Source: Massalongia carnosa
Taxonomy: Eukaryota
Direction: 5' to 3'
Assembly (NCBI GenBank): GCA_965645245.1
Contig: OZ287067.1
Span: 3,286,001 to 3,350,000, forward strand
Length of the DNA: 64,000 nt
A program made the position numbers and the translations under genes. Below the pieces are notes generated by a model, which did not search any database, was not told the origin of the DNA, and saw only the letters and a program-made list of their open reading frames with translations. This document shows positions 1-11,185 of this stretch, piece by piece (within the stretch, counting starts at the first letter, position 1; each line of letters starts with the position of its first letter).

Positions 1-474
1 TTGTATATCCTTCTCTTGTGCAGCGGTGAATTGTATCATTGCTAATGGCTTAGTCTTGATCTTGTGTAGGTTATTCTTTTTCCACCATGTTCTGAACCAG
101 CGTAGAGTAGGTCCACTCGACTCAGGATTTTGCCCGCGTTTTAACCCGACAATTGCATTGAATACAACTCCGTGCGATGGTTGAATACCCTGTGCAAGTA
201 AGGATCGAATAAAGTGATGAATCGCTTTTACTTGATGCTCCTCAAGTATCTTGTTTTGTCCACCTCTTGCGCTTTTTGCACTGGAAGAAGATTTCTTGTT
301 AGAAGAAGATTTCATATCAGAAAAAGAAGATTTCTTATCAGTCGCAATAGAGCTGTACAACGTTGTAGGCCGAATTTTGAATATCTGAGCTGCGCATGCA
401 GTTCGTTCGTCAGGATTTTCCAACAAGAATGTTTTAGCATCACTAATACGTGTTTGTAAGGATACAGATTCCAT
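1..474 (-). mobile_element. N-terminal part of a pogo/Fot1-type (Tc1/mariner superfamily) transposase; continues beyond the left window edge
   Basis: Open minus-strand frame from ATG at 474 to base 1 (absent from the ORF track): MESVSLQTRISDAKTFLLENPDERTACAAQIFKIRPTTLYSSI...RGGQNKILEEHQVKAIHHFIRSLLAQGIQPSHGVVFNAIVGLK...GPTLRWFRTWWKKNNLHKIKTKPL. This is the HTH + CENP-B-like HTH layout of Fot1/pogo transposases. No TIR identified. Confidence 0.75.
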
Positions 475-773
475 TGTAGATATAGAGAGTAATGGTTTAT
501 GATGTGATAATAATATAATAATGTGATATTATTAAATTCATACTCGTTGTGACATCAGCTACAGCCGACCCATGCGAGAAAAGCTATCAAAGTTTCAAAG
601 AAAACCCTCATCGAGGGGAAAAAACCTTCATCTGTATACCTACACGTGATCGCTCGACCTCACTTCGCGAATGCTACGTTTCGCCAGCGCCACGTCTACG
701 ACACACATGCGTATCAAGAGACTACCTTCTGCCTCTGTTATAACTAGAGTTTGTGACTATCACTACGCGACAG

Positions 774-1118
774 TCAGGGGGAGGAAGAAAGACACTCTAC
801 AGCTAGCGAAAACTGTGTCAGTAGATTAGTCCGCATAAGCCAGCGAGCGGAGGCTCGTAAGCCCTTTTCGGTGGTCAGAAGGCGGCGATAATCCGTCGTT
901 CCGGCGTCTCTGCACATGTTGCTTCGGCCGTTAACAAACCTGGGGCAGCTGAGTAGCACATGCTTGAGCGTCTGGCGTGCCCATCCACAGCTACACGCCG
1001 GCGAAGCGAACGTGGGAACTCGACGAGAGAAGAGATAATCCGCCAAGCCAATACGCTCAGTACGCATTTGAATGATGAGGCTGCTTTCGGATTTGCTGAA
1101 GTTCTTATGTAATCCCAG
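774..1118 (-). mobile_element. 5'-truncated non-LTR retrotransposon (Tad1-like LINE) ORF2 C-terminal remnant
   Basis: LGLHKNFSKSESSLIIQMRTERIGLADYLF...ACSCGWARQTLKHVLLSCP...LLTTEKGLRASARWL carries the CCHC zinc knuckle and C-terminal motifs of fungal LINE ORF2. No RT domain recognisable upstream. Confidence 0.8.
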
Positions 1119-1940
1119 CTAAGAATGATAAAATAGAGTTGACATCTCTCTCCTTCGTGAAGTCTCTATCCCAGTTTTCGTTCATCTCACTGGTGCGTTT
1201 TACGGCCCAAGATTATTGATGAATTCTACGATTGGGGTGAACGACGTCCCTTTCGCCCAGGTCAAACCCAGTTTACTCCTTAAGCATATATCAAGGGCGA
1301 GGCTAGCCGTAGCCCATGCGCCGGCGAACCGACGGGGTCTCGTTACGAGCGAGATAGACATTCCCTGCTCTATATACACCGACATGCGCATACTGTCCTC
1401 TCGGGCTATGCAGACGGTCTCCGTACGGTGGCCGCCATTGCATACCACGCCTCACGGGTTTTTTACGCCCACTTCGCGTTATTCATAAAGGTCTCCCGTT
1501 TATGAACCGACCATGTCTCGCAGGGATTTCGACCACTATGCTCCTGACCAGGCAGTATAGTATCGATTTTCCGTCCCTACTAACCAAAACGAGTCGAGGA
1601 CAACTCGGAGGGGTGCTCGTTTCAAATTCGTCTATTAGCTCAGGGCCTAGACTGTTATCAATTAACGGGTTCCTCGTATATTGCCCTCTTCTTGTCCCAA
1701 GGGTGTCCTATTTGATGACTAGGTTGCCTCCACCATCCCCGGTACGACTCCGGTTCGGGCCGTGTTGCTCACGGTAGCCATCAATCGGATGGTTTTCATA
1801 ACCCAAATCCCTTGTATCGTGTAGGGTGTGACCCTACACTATGTGTCTATATGTTTTATTTCTTTCAGCCGGAGGGCTCCGTGTTGTAGACGAAGGAGAC
1901 CCGTGTGACAGACATAGCTGACCCGTGTCGTACGTCTTTA

Positions 1941-1985
1941 GCTCTCAGCCGATGACTGCATGAAAGGACTTGAACCTTTAAGAGT
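1941..1985. ncRNA. Copy 1 of candidate structured RNA motif (three-way junction)
   Basis: gctct-CAG-ccgatga-CTG-catg-aaagg-acttgaa-ccttt-a-agagt. Confidence 0.45.
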
Positions 1986-2135
1986 ATGACTGAACGTTGT
2001 TAACGAGGTCTATGAAAATCTTATTAACGAGGTCTTCGAGAACAATATTAACGAAGTTCCGCTGAACTCTTTTCATTCGTTTTGTGATCCATCGAGGTCT
2101 ACCCGTGTCAAATCCACACCATGCCCGTGTCAAAA

Positions 2136-2191
2136 TGCATCATTTTCAGCTGATGACTGCTAGAAAGGACTTGAACCTCTAAAAATATGTA
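2136..2191. ncRNA. Copy 2 of candidate structured RNA motif
   Basis: tgcat-c-atttt-CAG-ctgatga-CTG-ctag-aaagg-acttgaa-cctct-a-aaaat-atgta. Confidence 0.45.
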
Positions 2192-2265
2192 CGCCGATAT
2201 TAACGGGGTGCAGATCTGTCTTAACGAGCCCCCGCAGAACCCCCTTCACAGGGACGTGTTATTGA

Positions 2266-2567
2266 TTTGTGATTGTGTTTTTTGTGACTGTGTGTTTTGT
2301 GACTGTGTGTTTTGTGACTGTGTGTTTTGTGACTGTGTGTTTTGTGACTGTGTGTTTTGTGACTGTGTGTTTTGTGACTGTGTGTTTTGTGACTGTGTGT
2401 TTTGTGACTGTGTGTTTTGTGACTGTGTGTTTTGTGACTGTGTGTTTTGTGACTGTGTGTTTTGTGACTGTGTGTTTTTTGACTGTGTGTTTGTGACTGT
2501 ATGTTTGTGACTGTGTGCTTTGTACAACGTGTGATTGATGACTATGTGTTTTGTGACTCTGTGTTTT
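2266..2567. repeat. 15-bp minisatellite (GTGACTGTGTGTTTT)n
   Basis: About 13 perfect units (2284-2478) plus degenerate units on both sides. Explains the CDCVF/NTQSQ/VTVCF repeat ORFs. Confidence 0.97.
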
Positions 2568-2668
2568 CCTCGATTTTATTTAACAGGCCGGGCCTATTAA
2601 ATGGGATATTGTTATTCTGCTCCGAGATGGAGTTTTCTTGAGGTGACAGCATTCGCCCCGGTGCCTTT

Positions 2669-2735
2669 ACGCGTTCTGTTGATCCCAGCTGATGACTGCA
2701 TGGGGAGACTTGAACTCTCAGGAGCTAGAACGCGT
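2669..2735. ncRNA. Copy 3 of candidate structured RNA motif
   Basis: acgcgttct-gttga-tcc-CAG-ctgatga-CTG-catg-gggag-acttgaa-ctctc-a-gga-gct-agaacgcgt (9-bp perfect basal stem). Confidence 0.45.
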
Positions 2736-2785
2736 GTCGATTGTGCCCGGGTGGGGGATGATGCGGCTCCTTTGGTCCACATCTT

Positions 2786-2828
2786 CTTCCAGCTGATGAC
2801 TGCATGAAGGGACTTGAACCCTTAGAAG
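2786..2828. ncRNA. Copy 4 of candidate structured RNA motif
   Basis: cttc-CAG-ctgatga-CTG-catg-aaggg-acttgaa-ccctt-a-gaag; further pairing gtcc(2775)/ggac(2842). Confidence 0.45.
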
Positions 2829-3004
2829 CATGGTGCAGGGACGCGCGCATTCTACCCCCCGGCGGTTGGCCTTCGTATCCTCTTCCGTACGTACGTCTGT
2901 GACGCGTGTGAACGCGTTAAATTAGCATTGTTTTGATGCGAAAAGATAGGAGCAAATCTATGTTTGTCGGTCGCTCCACGGTGAGGCCTTTGGCGTCTCC
3001 GTGG

Positions 3005-3265
3005 TGAGGACCGATGGTGTAGAAGGAGGACCGATGGTGTAGAAGGAGGAGGACCGATGGTGTAGAAGGAGGAGGACCGATGGTGTAGAAGGAGGAGGAC
3101 CGATGGTGTAGAAGGAGGAGGACCGATGGTGTAGAAGGAGGAGGACCGATGGTGTAGAAGGAGGAGGACCGATGGTGTAGAAGGAGGAGGACCGATGGTG
3201 TAGAAGGAGGAGGACCGATGGTGTAGAAGGAGGAGGACCGATGGTGTAGAAGGAGGAGGACCGAT
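3005..3265. repeat. 23-bp minisatellite (GACCGATGGTGTAGAAGGAGGAG)n
   Basis: One 20-bp unit at 3009, ten perfect 23-bp units 3029-3258, partial unit to 3265. Confidence 0.97.
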
Positions 3266-4614
3266 ATATAATAATGTGATAGTAAATGTGATAGTAAATG
3301 TGATGGTGGAAGCTTGACTAGAAGCGAATGCTTCTTGGAGGGAGAGGATTAAGCGAGCGACTAGCCGACGATTATTATATTCCGCTTTTCAATAGTAAGA
3401 TATACGGAGTACACAGTAAGCTTTTGAGCCTCGTTAGAACTTCCGCCTGTAGCGTTATTGGATAGTTGAGGTATTGCCCTTGAAGTCAAGATATAAATTC
3501 AGCTAATAAAATTCTACTTCTTATCTTTACCCCTTTTAAAAATTCACTATCATTCACAAGCCTTTCTCATCTGACAATCTCTCTTTTATATATACATTTT
3601 TGCCCCAATTGAGTGCAGCAACTAGATTTGTTGCCGCAAGTTTAGGGGGTATCAAATGAACCTGTGGAAATTTGAGCGCTTCAAAGGCCATCTATCGGAT
3701 CTAACAAATAGATACTCGAAGAGAAAAGATAAAGTCAGGTTAGAAATTGAGTTCGGAGCGTATAGATGCTGGATGTTTCAAGATTATGTCCTCGAGGCAC
3801 GATACGTGACATTCTAGAAGCCACCAAGTCCATTGATTTCTTATATAATGAGTTTAGAAATCCGGCCTTGCAGGGCTCTTCAGTTTTTCTCTTGCATGTA
3901 CTGAGAGCCCTGCTCTAAAAAAGGGTTCGTATGTTTATTGATTCATTACGGGGAGGGTTGGAATGTGTTCACCTTGAAGCGCTGGACTTTGATTGGATGT
4001 ATTTTTCAATACAGGTACCTTTTAACCACCGCATTGATGGGAAATATAAAAATCAAGTAATCACGAAGAAAAAGGAGTATACACGAAAAAAGGAGTTGTC
4101 AAGACTAACACTTATGGGGGTGATTGAAAGATAGAAAGAGCCAACCAGGTTTAAGAAAAGAAATTATGTGGTTTCTGAAATACAACTTTAAAAGAATGCA
4201 GGAACTAGAATAACCATGATTTTCTTAAAAAAAAAAACCACAACCTCGATCAATCCCCCCTATATTCATTTAGATTATGCATGCCCCTTTTTAGAGATTT
4301 TTCTAACTCAGAACTTTTGTTTACTAGTTCTTCATCGATCTTTCCTACGACGAGTATTTGCGTTGTCGATTTCCCGCCTTGGACCGGGTCTTCAGGCTGG
4401 AATTTTCATGCCGCCATTGCTTCGGAGACGCGGCTATCCATTACGGGACCGATAAGAAAGGGAGGGTTTCCTTTAGGTTCGATGTTGTAAATTTGGCCAT
4501 CCGAATTCACAACACAATTGGTTGATTCGTTTTCATCATCTTCTCTACCCTCATCCTAGCATTTGCCTCTGTCGTCGTCTACATCTCTATGTCTGTGCTC
4601 CGATCCTCCTCCCC

Positions 4615-6577
4615 CTACTCAGCTTCATGCACATCGCCAAGTTCAAATGGATCCCCGTTCTCATTCACGTCTTTGTCCTCAAAAGCATCCGTATCCACAT
4701 CCTCAGTCCCAGTTTCGCCGCCTTCCTCATCCACTCCCCTTGCCCTCTTTTTCCCTGTAGGGTGGCTTCCCATGGTTTTTTCATCTAATTCCGACTTCCT
4801 CGACGCCGCTCGAACATAAGTAGCTAGCCTTATCTCGTTTGTACTTGCATTCCCTTTATCAAAATAAGTAAGGTGACGCGTAGTGTCATTAACGTTTTCG
4901 GGGAACTTTTTTACGACACGCATGTACTCTGTGTCATTAGGAGGGACCCCAGCTAAGAGGGAGGCGATTTTCGCCTTCATGATAATTTTGGCTTTCGACC
5001 AGGTGCCATTCAAGTACCAGCCATCGCCAAAAATCTGATGACGGAGTGAGTATTGCTCTGTAGTTCAAGTATAGCCAGAAAAGAGCTTACGTGGCATTCT
5101 TTACGAAGGTTAGTGGTTGAGAGAATGGATACCAATAAGGGGTCTGTAATGTCGCAAACCTGCCATACTTTACCATCAACTACGACGCTTTTTCCATCAA
5201 ACATATGATTCTCTTTTGGCGGATTCTTGGTGGAGCTAGGGGGATCACTCAACGCTCTATGCTCTTTCTGTTGTAGCCGTCCTAGGTCGACCATGAACAT
5301 CATAGTTTGATAAATCCGATAGCTCGGATCTTTTCGTGGATCAACGCCAAACTTTACCAAAGCATCTCGCCACGGCCCGGATGCCCACAGATAACCCACA
5401 TACTGGTAAATATATTTTGCGGCATTATTGCCTACAATCTTCCGGTCAGCTTCTGAGAGGTGACTGCGGATCGCCCGTCTGGTCCAGATTGGTCGTGCTT
5501 CGAGCAGAATCCTTGCGCTCTGGATAAGTCGTTGCATGGCCGGTTCAAGGGACGTGATAGGGGGTAAATCTTGCGCCGGACCACTGGGAACTTCGAGCAC
5601 GTCATAAGCAACGGCCTGGTTCTGCGCTGGTGGAGCTATTTGAAAGTTTTTTATGGTGATGTTGCCGTGGCTATCCAACGTTTGCTTTGCGGCAGGGTTT
5701 TGCAAATATCTTAGGGTTTGCGTCAATGATAATAAGATAAGCAAGCAAGGTATACTCACTGATAATTGAACGGGACAGTAATATGGCTCCACCGCGGAGG
5801 TGGGATAAGGTCAGCCTTTATCCGAGGTCCCTTACTCATATCCAACTTAAAGCTCTTCATCTTTTCATCTTCAAAGGGTAAGCGAATGAAGGAGGTCCTT
5901 AGAAGAGTATTTTACATTGGAAAGGCAAGATAGTCTCTCTCATCTTTGTCATAAACGGGCTGTTCGCAGTTGAGTATACAAAATCAGGCATGCCTACATC
6001 GTCAGCAATTGATTCCAGGAGTTAATCTAGATGAGATTGTATACTTCGAAAGCGGTGTGTCTGATAAATGGAGCCAATAGCGTGGATTTCGTAGTTTTTC
6101 ACGTTATCACGCAGCGAGCGAAGCATGTAGCGTGTATCCTTAGAGATTGGCACCGCAGATTGAGGCTCAATACTTGGAGCGAGGCCACCCATGTCTTTAC
6201 CTTGCTCATGATAGGGGCCAGATGATCCTCTGCGACGTTTTAAGCCAGTCCTCTTGGGAACTGTAATCTTAAGAACAACGTCATTTGTGATGACATTTTT
6301 TGATGTTACTGGTTTACACATAGGATCATGGGGCCATAGGTATAAGTTTGTGGATGCGCCTTGATTGTCATCCTCCACTAACTAAATCATTGTCATTATG
6401 ATGTTTCTTAAGTTCAACAAAGGTACACACAGATTTTAATTTAGGAAACCCTCCTAGCATATTGACTGCCTTGTCGACATTCTGAATGATGAATGGATGC
6501 TCAATACTAACAAGGACAGTCCTAGGGAGGTCGTACCATGGGGCATATTGGGAAGCCTCCCTCTCGTTAGCTTTCAT
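4615..6577 (-). CDS. tfc1: RNA polymerase III transcription factor TFIIIC subunit tau95 (Tfc1/Sfc1), multi-exon
   Basis: Exons encode SIEHPFIIQNVDKAVNMLGG, LYLWPHDPMCKP, LKITVPKRTG, IGSIYQTHRFR, LEARPIWTRRA, GPWRDALVKFGVDPRKDPSYRIYQT, DGKVWQVCDITDPL, NGTWSK and an acidic C-terminus. Exon joins read by eye. Confidence 0.9.
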
Positions 6578-7405
6578 AGTTCTTTCATCAATAGGACACG
6601 GTCAATAAGTTTGGATGGATCACACAACCATGGTATTCTAAAATGCCGTACTTTCGGAATGCGGATTTTACTTACCGCGGTCTTCTTACATTTAATATAC
6701 ACCGTGAAGAAAACCAAGTAGAGAGTACCGTATTCAGTACTAGTAGAGCAGACGAAATCCATTACTCCGCTAGATAGGTGTTCTAACGTTTGGCTCACAC
6801 GGTATTGTTTCATAGAGTATGACTGGTTGAATGTGCAACACTAATGCATACACGCCCCGCAGGCCTCTCGCTTGTTTACAGTTTAGCTCAGCCTTAGATT
6901 CAATTGTATACTCACGTGACTTTGTACGCTACGAAGCAGACGCCATATGGAACCTGCACAACTACCTAGGGTCAACGGGTTAAGGCAATGAGCTGATCGA
7001 AGTGGTAAATATCTAGTTCTTCCCTCAGACTGGCATTTTACTGGCAAATTTCCTTCGTCAAACCGCTGACATACTGTGCAAGAGAGTAGTTCAACCGCTT
7101 TTCCACGCCGCTGTAATCTCCAGCTAGTAGGGTACGCGGAGCTGTTCTGGGAGCCAGTCGACAGCTTCATGAGTATTGGCGTCTGATTAGCATGCTTGCA
7201 TAGCCATCCAACTCAGCAATAATATTGAGCGGGGTCTAATTCATTCCATGCGACCTGGCACGCCGGGAGCAAGGAACAAAGTCGTCATCACCACAAAGTG
7301 GCTCCTAAGTAAATGCGGGTTTCAACCTAAGACTAGACCTTACAAGACGCTTTAAGCCATCTTGCAAAACTCAAGGCCTGTTGTTGTGGGTTTGAATAAA
7401 TGATC

Positions 7406-10106
7406 ATGAAGGGTTTTCGGCAAAGAGTTGTATGTGACCCTAAGGCTGGCCAGCGCGTCAGGTTGCCTCATTCTCATTTACTTCCGGCTCGGCTCAGAAA
7501 TCGCTAACGTACTCAGCATGAGCAGCTTTCTCGAGCTAAGGATTCAAACAAAACCTCAAAGAGCAAGAAAGATAATGTTTCAGGAACTGCGTCGCCCTCG
7601 CAGAATTCAAGCCTAACTCTCAGCGCGAACTCTCATTCTCCCAGCTCATCCAATCATGGCACGCCTAGCTCTTCAACGACCGCGGTGAACGATATAAGGA
7701 ACAAACCCCTGCCACCAGGAGATAATGGCCCGAACAACTCTGGCATAGTTCATCCTTCCCCACAAGGCGCAAACAGTACTCAAGTCTCCGGTCAACCTTT
7801 TTTAGGGTCACAAGGTGGCATAGGAGTTATTTCTCAGGGTAATGCTGGACCGCTTGGTGCTTCAACGAGACTAGGAAACATTCCAACGCCGAGCGTCATT
7901 GTTAGCCAGAGTTCAGATGTTGGTCTACCTGTAAGTCCCTCGTTGCCCATACTCTATCAATCTTAAAGCCTAGCAATATTCTGTTACTAGCCAGCTTATT
8001 AGGGAGCGTCTCCAAAGCTAATTTTATTCTTAGCATATTCCTCGCCCGGGCAACGCTGAAACAATGCCGGGAGATCTTGCTCCTCCGCCCAGACCCGGAC
8101 ACAAGTCGAATGCATTCGACCGATTGTCTTCCACGCCCAAGGATGTACCCGAAGGTATCAAAACGCCAAAGAGGCAACATTCTTCCAGGTTCGATATTTC
8201 AGATCAGCGGCAAAGGGAGTTGGAGAAATTACCTGGCTTCCATGAAGTCCCGCCGAACCGACGCCAAGATCTTTTTATGCAAAAGATTGACCAGTGCAAT
8301 ATTATCTTTGATTTCAACGATGCGAGCGGAGATATGAAGTCAAAGGAAATCAAAAGGATGGCTCTTCACGAACTGCTGGATTACGTCGCAAATAATCGGC
8401 AGGTCATCACAGATCCCATGTACCCAAGGGTAGTCGATATGTTCAGCAAGAATCTTTTTCGGCCGATACCACCTCCAATAAATCCTCAGGGAGAAGCCTT
8501 TGACCCGGAAGAGGATGAGCCAGTCCTTGAAGTAGCGTGGCCCCACATCCAAGTTGTATATGAGTTTTTCCTGCGCTTCATCGAAAGCCAAGATTTCAAC
8601 ACGAACATTGCCAAAGGCTTTATAGATCACCAGTTTGTCCTCCAGGTACGTACTTTTCTTTGACGATGCATAGTCTTATTACTGAATGCAAATAGCTTCT
8701 GGAGCTTTTCGATTCGGAGGATCCTCGAGAGCGAGATTTCCTTAAGACTACGCTTCATCGGATTTACGGCAAGTTCTTGAATTTACGTTCGTATATAAGA
8801 AGGTCCATCAACAATGTATTTTTCCAGTTCATTTACGAAACCGAGAGATTTAACGGTATTGCTGAACTTCTAGAAATTCTTGGCTCAATTATCAATGGTT
8901 TTGCGCTTCCGCTGAAAGAAGAACACAAGCTCTTTCTCACAAGGGTTTTGATACCAATGCATAAGGTCAAGAGCTTGAGCATGTACCATCCTCAATTGGC
9001 GTATTGTATTGTACAGTTTCTGGAGAAGGATGCTGCTCTCACGGAAGAGGTTGTTAGTATATTTCATTCCGGGAAGATTTGCGCTAACTGGCCCCCATAG
9101 GTTGTCCTTGGACTTTTGAGATATTGGCCAAAAGTGAATAGTACAAAAGAAGTGATGTTTCTCAATGAGGTGGAGGATATATTCGAGGTGATGGATCCAG
9201 CAGAGTTTGCAAAGGTGCAGGAGCCATTGTTCAATCAATTAGCAAAGTCGGTTGCAAGCCCTCATTTCCAAGTAAGCATCGTGGTTTGCTAGCGGCTATC
9301 ATCTGGCTAAATGCTTTGCTCTAGGTCGCTGAACGTGCACTGTACTTTTGGAACAACGAATACTTTTGTAATCTCATTAGCGATAATGTTGAAGTCATCT
9401 TGCCAATAATGTTTGCTCCGCTATATGAAAATTCAAAGGGCCATTGGAACAGGTTGGTCTAATACGTTTTCCGCTCGCACAACCTACTAATCTTATCAGG
9501 ACCATACATGGAATGGTTTACAATGCAATGAAACTCTTCATGGAGATCAACCCCCAGCTTTTCGATGACTGCTCACATGATTATACGGAGCTGCAAAACA
9601 CTGCCGACGAAAGGCAGCAGCTACGCCAGAAAAAATGGGACCAGATCGCCCAACAGGCCATGTCAAGGCAACACAGTCAATCTGCTGTACCAGCGACAAC
9701 GAATCCTCGAGGCCAAAAGATCAATCCGCCGATGAGAATAGACGAGATAGATCCAATAACTCAGGATAGCCAGAAAAGATTACATGCTTTACGACTTCAA
9801 GATGAGAATAGCGGTGGAAGGGACCAACGAAAACCACAGGAATCGGATAGAAAAACTCAGGTTAGTTATTATGATCCCTCTGCTACTATTCGAATGCGCT
9901 ATTTTGTTGGCTGTTTATAGTAATAGCGTCAATCCTTTACGCTAACCGAACCCTTCACACAGCCATATCAACCGTCAGAAGATCTTTCCGCCCCTAGGAT
10001 AGTTCCCAGTAACGACTCCCGGCAGTCTCGCGGCGGATCTGGCATCACCACTCCTCCAATAATATCGCGACAAAACTCCAGCAGTAGCGTTCCACGTGTT
10101 GGCTAA
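7406..10106 (+). CDS. rts1: Protein phosphatase 2A regulatory B' (B56) subunit, multi-exon
   Basis: MKGFRQRV then intron. B56 motifs [95 protein letters not shown]. Last exon ends ...PRVG* at 10106. Confidence 0.96.
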
Positions 10107-11185
10107 CCCGTAACTTCAAGCTACAACCAGGGTTTTCGAGGGGCTGGATGGTTTGGTCGGGATCTAGGAATGGCATTGTATGTCATGACCGAGGAAGAAA
10201 AGCCTTTTCTTCGGGTGGACAAGATAAAATCGGGGCTTCCAATCATAGTTCGTTCGGCGCGAGTGCTCTACGCATCGGCAAAGGATAGGGGAGCCAGGAC
10301 GGGCATTTCGGGGCAGCGAGCACACTGCTTTCATTCTTCTCTACAAACTTCGACACCATGTTTCTATTATAGCCAGCAAATCCCCTCCCTTCCCCCCTAG
10401 ACCTAAAATTTCCCCCAGGATTTGTCATTTGAGAAGTGTGGTTGATGAATTGGTGCGCTGGTGGGGGGGAAGAACATGTGGGAGCCTTGTTTAGCTTTGT
10501 CCATCTGGTGGGATGGGAAAGCCCAGGAATGTCTTAGACTTTTTGATATTTTACGGTGTCTTTGGTGATTGATGTTGACTGTGCGTGGTATCGATCTTTT
10601 TCTTCTACTTTCTTGTTCGCGTCAAACGAAGCATATATGCAAGTGCGTGCCTGGGTGTGATTGTCTATATGTCAGTCAGTATGTGGGTGGATGAGCGAGT
10701 TCCTGGACCGAAGCCGAGCAAGCAACCAGTCAGTACGCGCCGCGATGGTGATGAGCCAGCCTACCCCCCATATTGTTGCCGTGGGAGAAGGGGATATCAG
10801 ACCAGCAGCCTCCTTCTCGGTAGGTGGCGAATACCAAGCGCTCTTTCCATCGAAAAGACATGCTCACCTACATACCGCAGGCAAGATTGGTTCCCAGTTC
10901 CGTAAAACCCCCTTTTCCCTTTGTATGAAGGAGGACGTAAGGTAGATCCACAAATCATCGAATGCTCCCACCTACCAACACCCTCTCTTAACCCCTCCTA
11001 TCCCTTCCCAAAACTTCATTTCCCAAGTATAATGACGCCAATCTGTCCCTTAGCGAACCTCTTGGGGAAATACCATAGGAATACCATCCTGCCTAGCGCT
11101 ATGCATTCAAAATGCTTAAATCCTTTTCAAGCTAAAAAAAAAACCAAAAAGCGCCGAGATACAAGGAAAAGGCGGGAAGGAGTGA

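Noticed and set aside
548..772. Solo LTR (TGT...ACA ends)
   Set aside because: No target-site duplication, and the segment is better explained as LINE 3' UTR plus pogo upstream sequence.
1120..1800. Further LINE RT/endonuclease coding sequence
   Set aside because: No recognisable motifs in any frame I read; left unassigned.
2147..2186. Canonical hammerhead ribozyme (CTGATGA-N6-GAAA-GG...CC-TC) in motif copy 2
   Set aside because: No helix II pair, helix I is offset from the putative cleavage site, and sister copies change the core (CCGATGA, GAAG, GGGG) in a way that preserves a 5-bp stem instead. Kept only as an unclassified motif.
2187..2527. Repeat-protein ORFs (CDCVF)n, (NTQSQ)n, (VTVCF)n
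   Set aside because: Stop-free readings of a 15-bp minisatellite.
1941..2828. tRNA genes (T-arm GGTTCAAGTCC on the minus strand)
   Set aside because: No D arm, anticodon arm, matching acceptor stem or A-box upstream.
3005..3265. CRISPR array or yeast-type long telomeric repeat (contains GGTGTA)
   Set aside because: No spacers or cas genes. The position is internal, and Pezizomycotina telomeres are normally TTAGGG-type.
4262..4614. Additional tfc1 3' exon
   Set aside because: Acidic-codon-like but interrupted by stops in every frame, with no convincing branch site.
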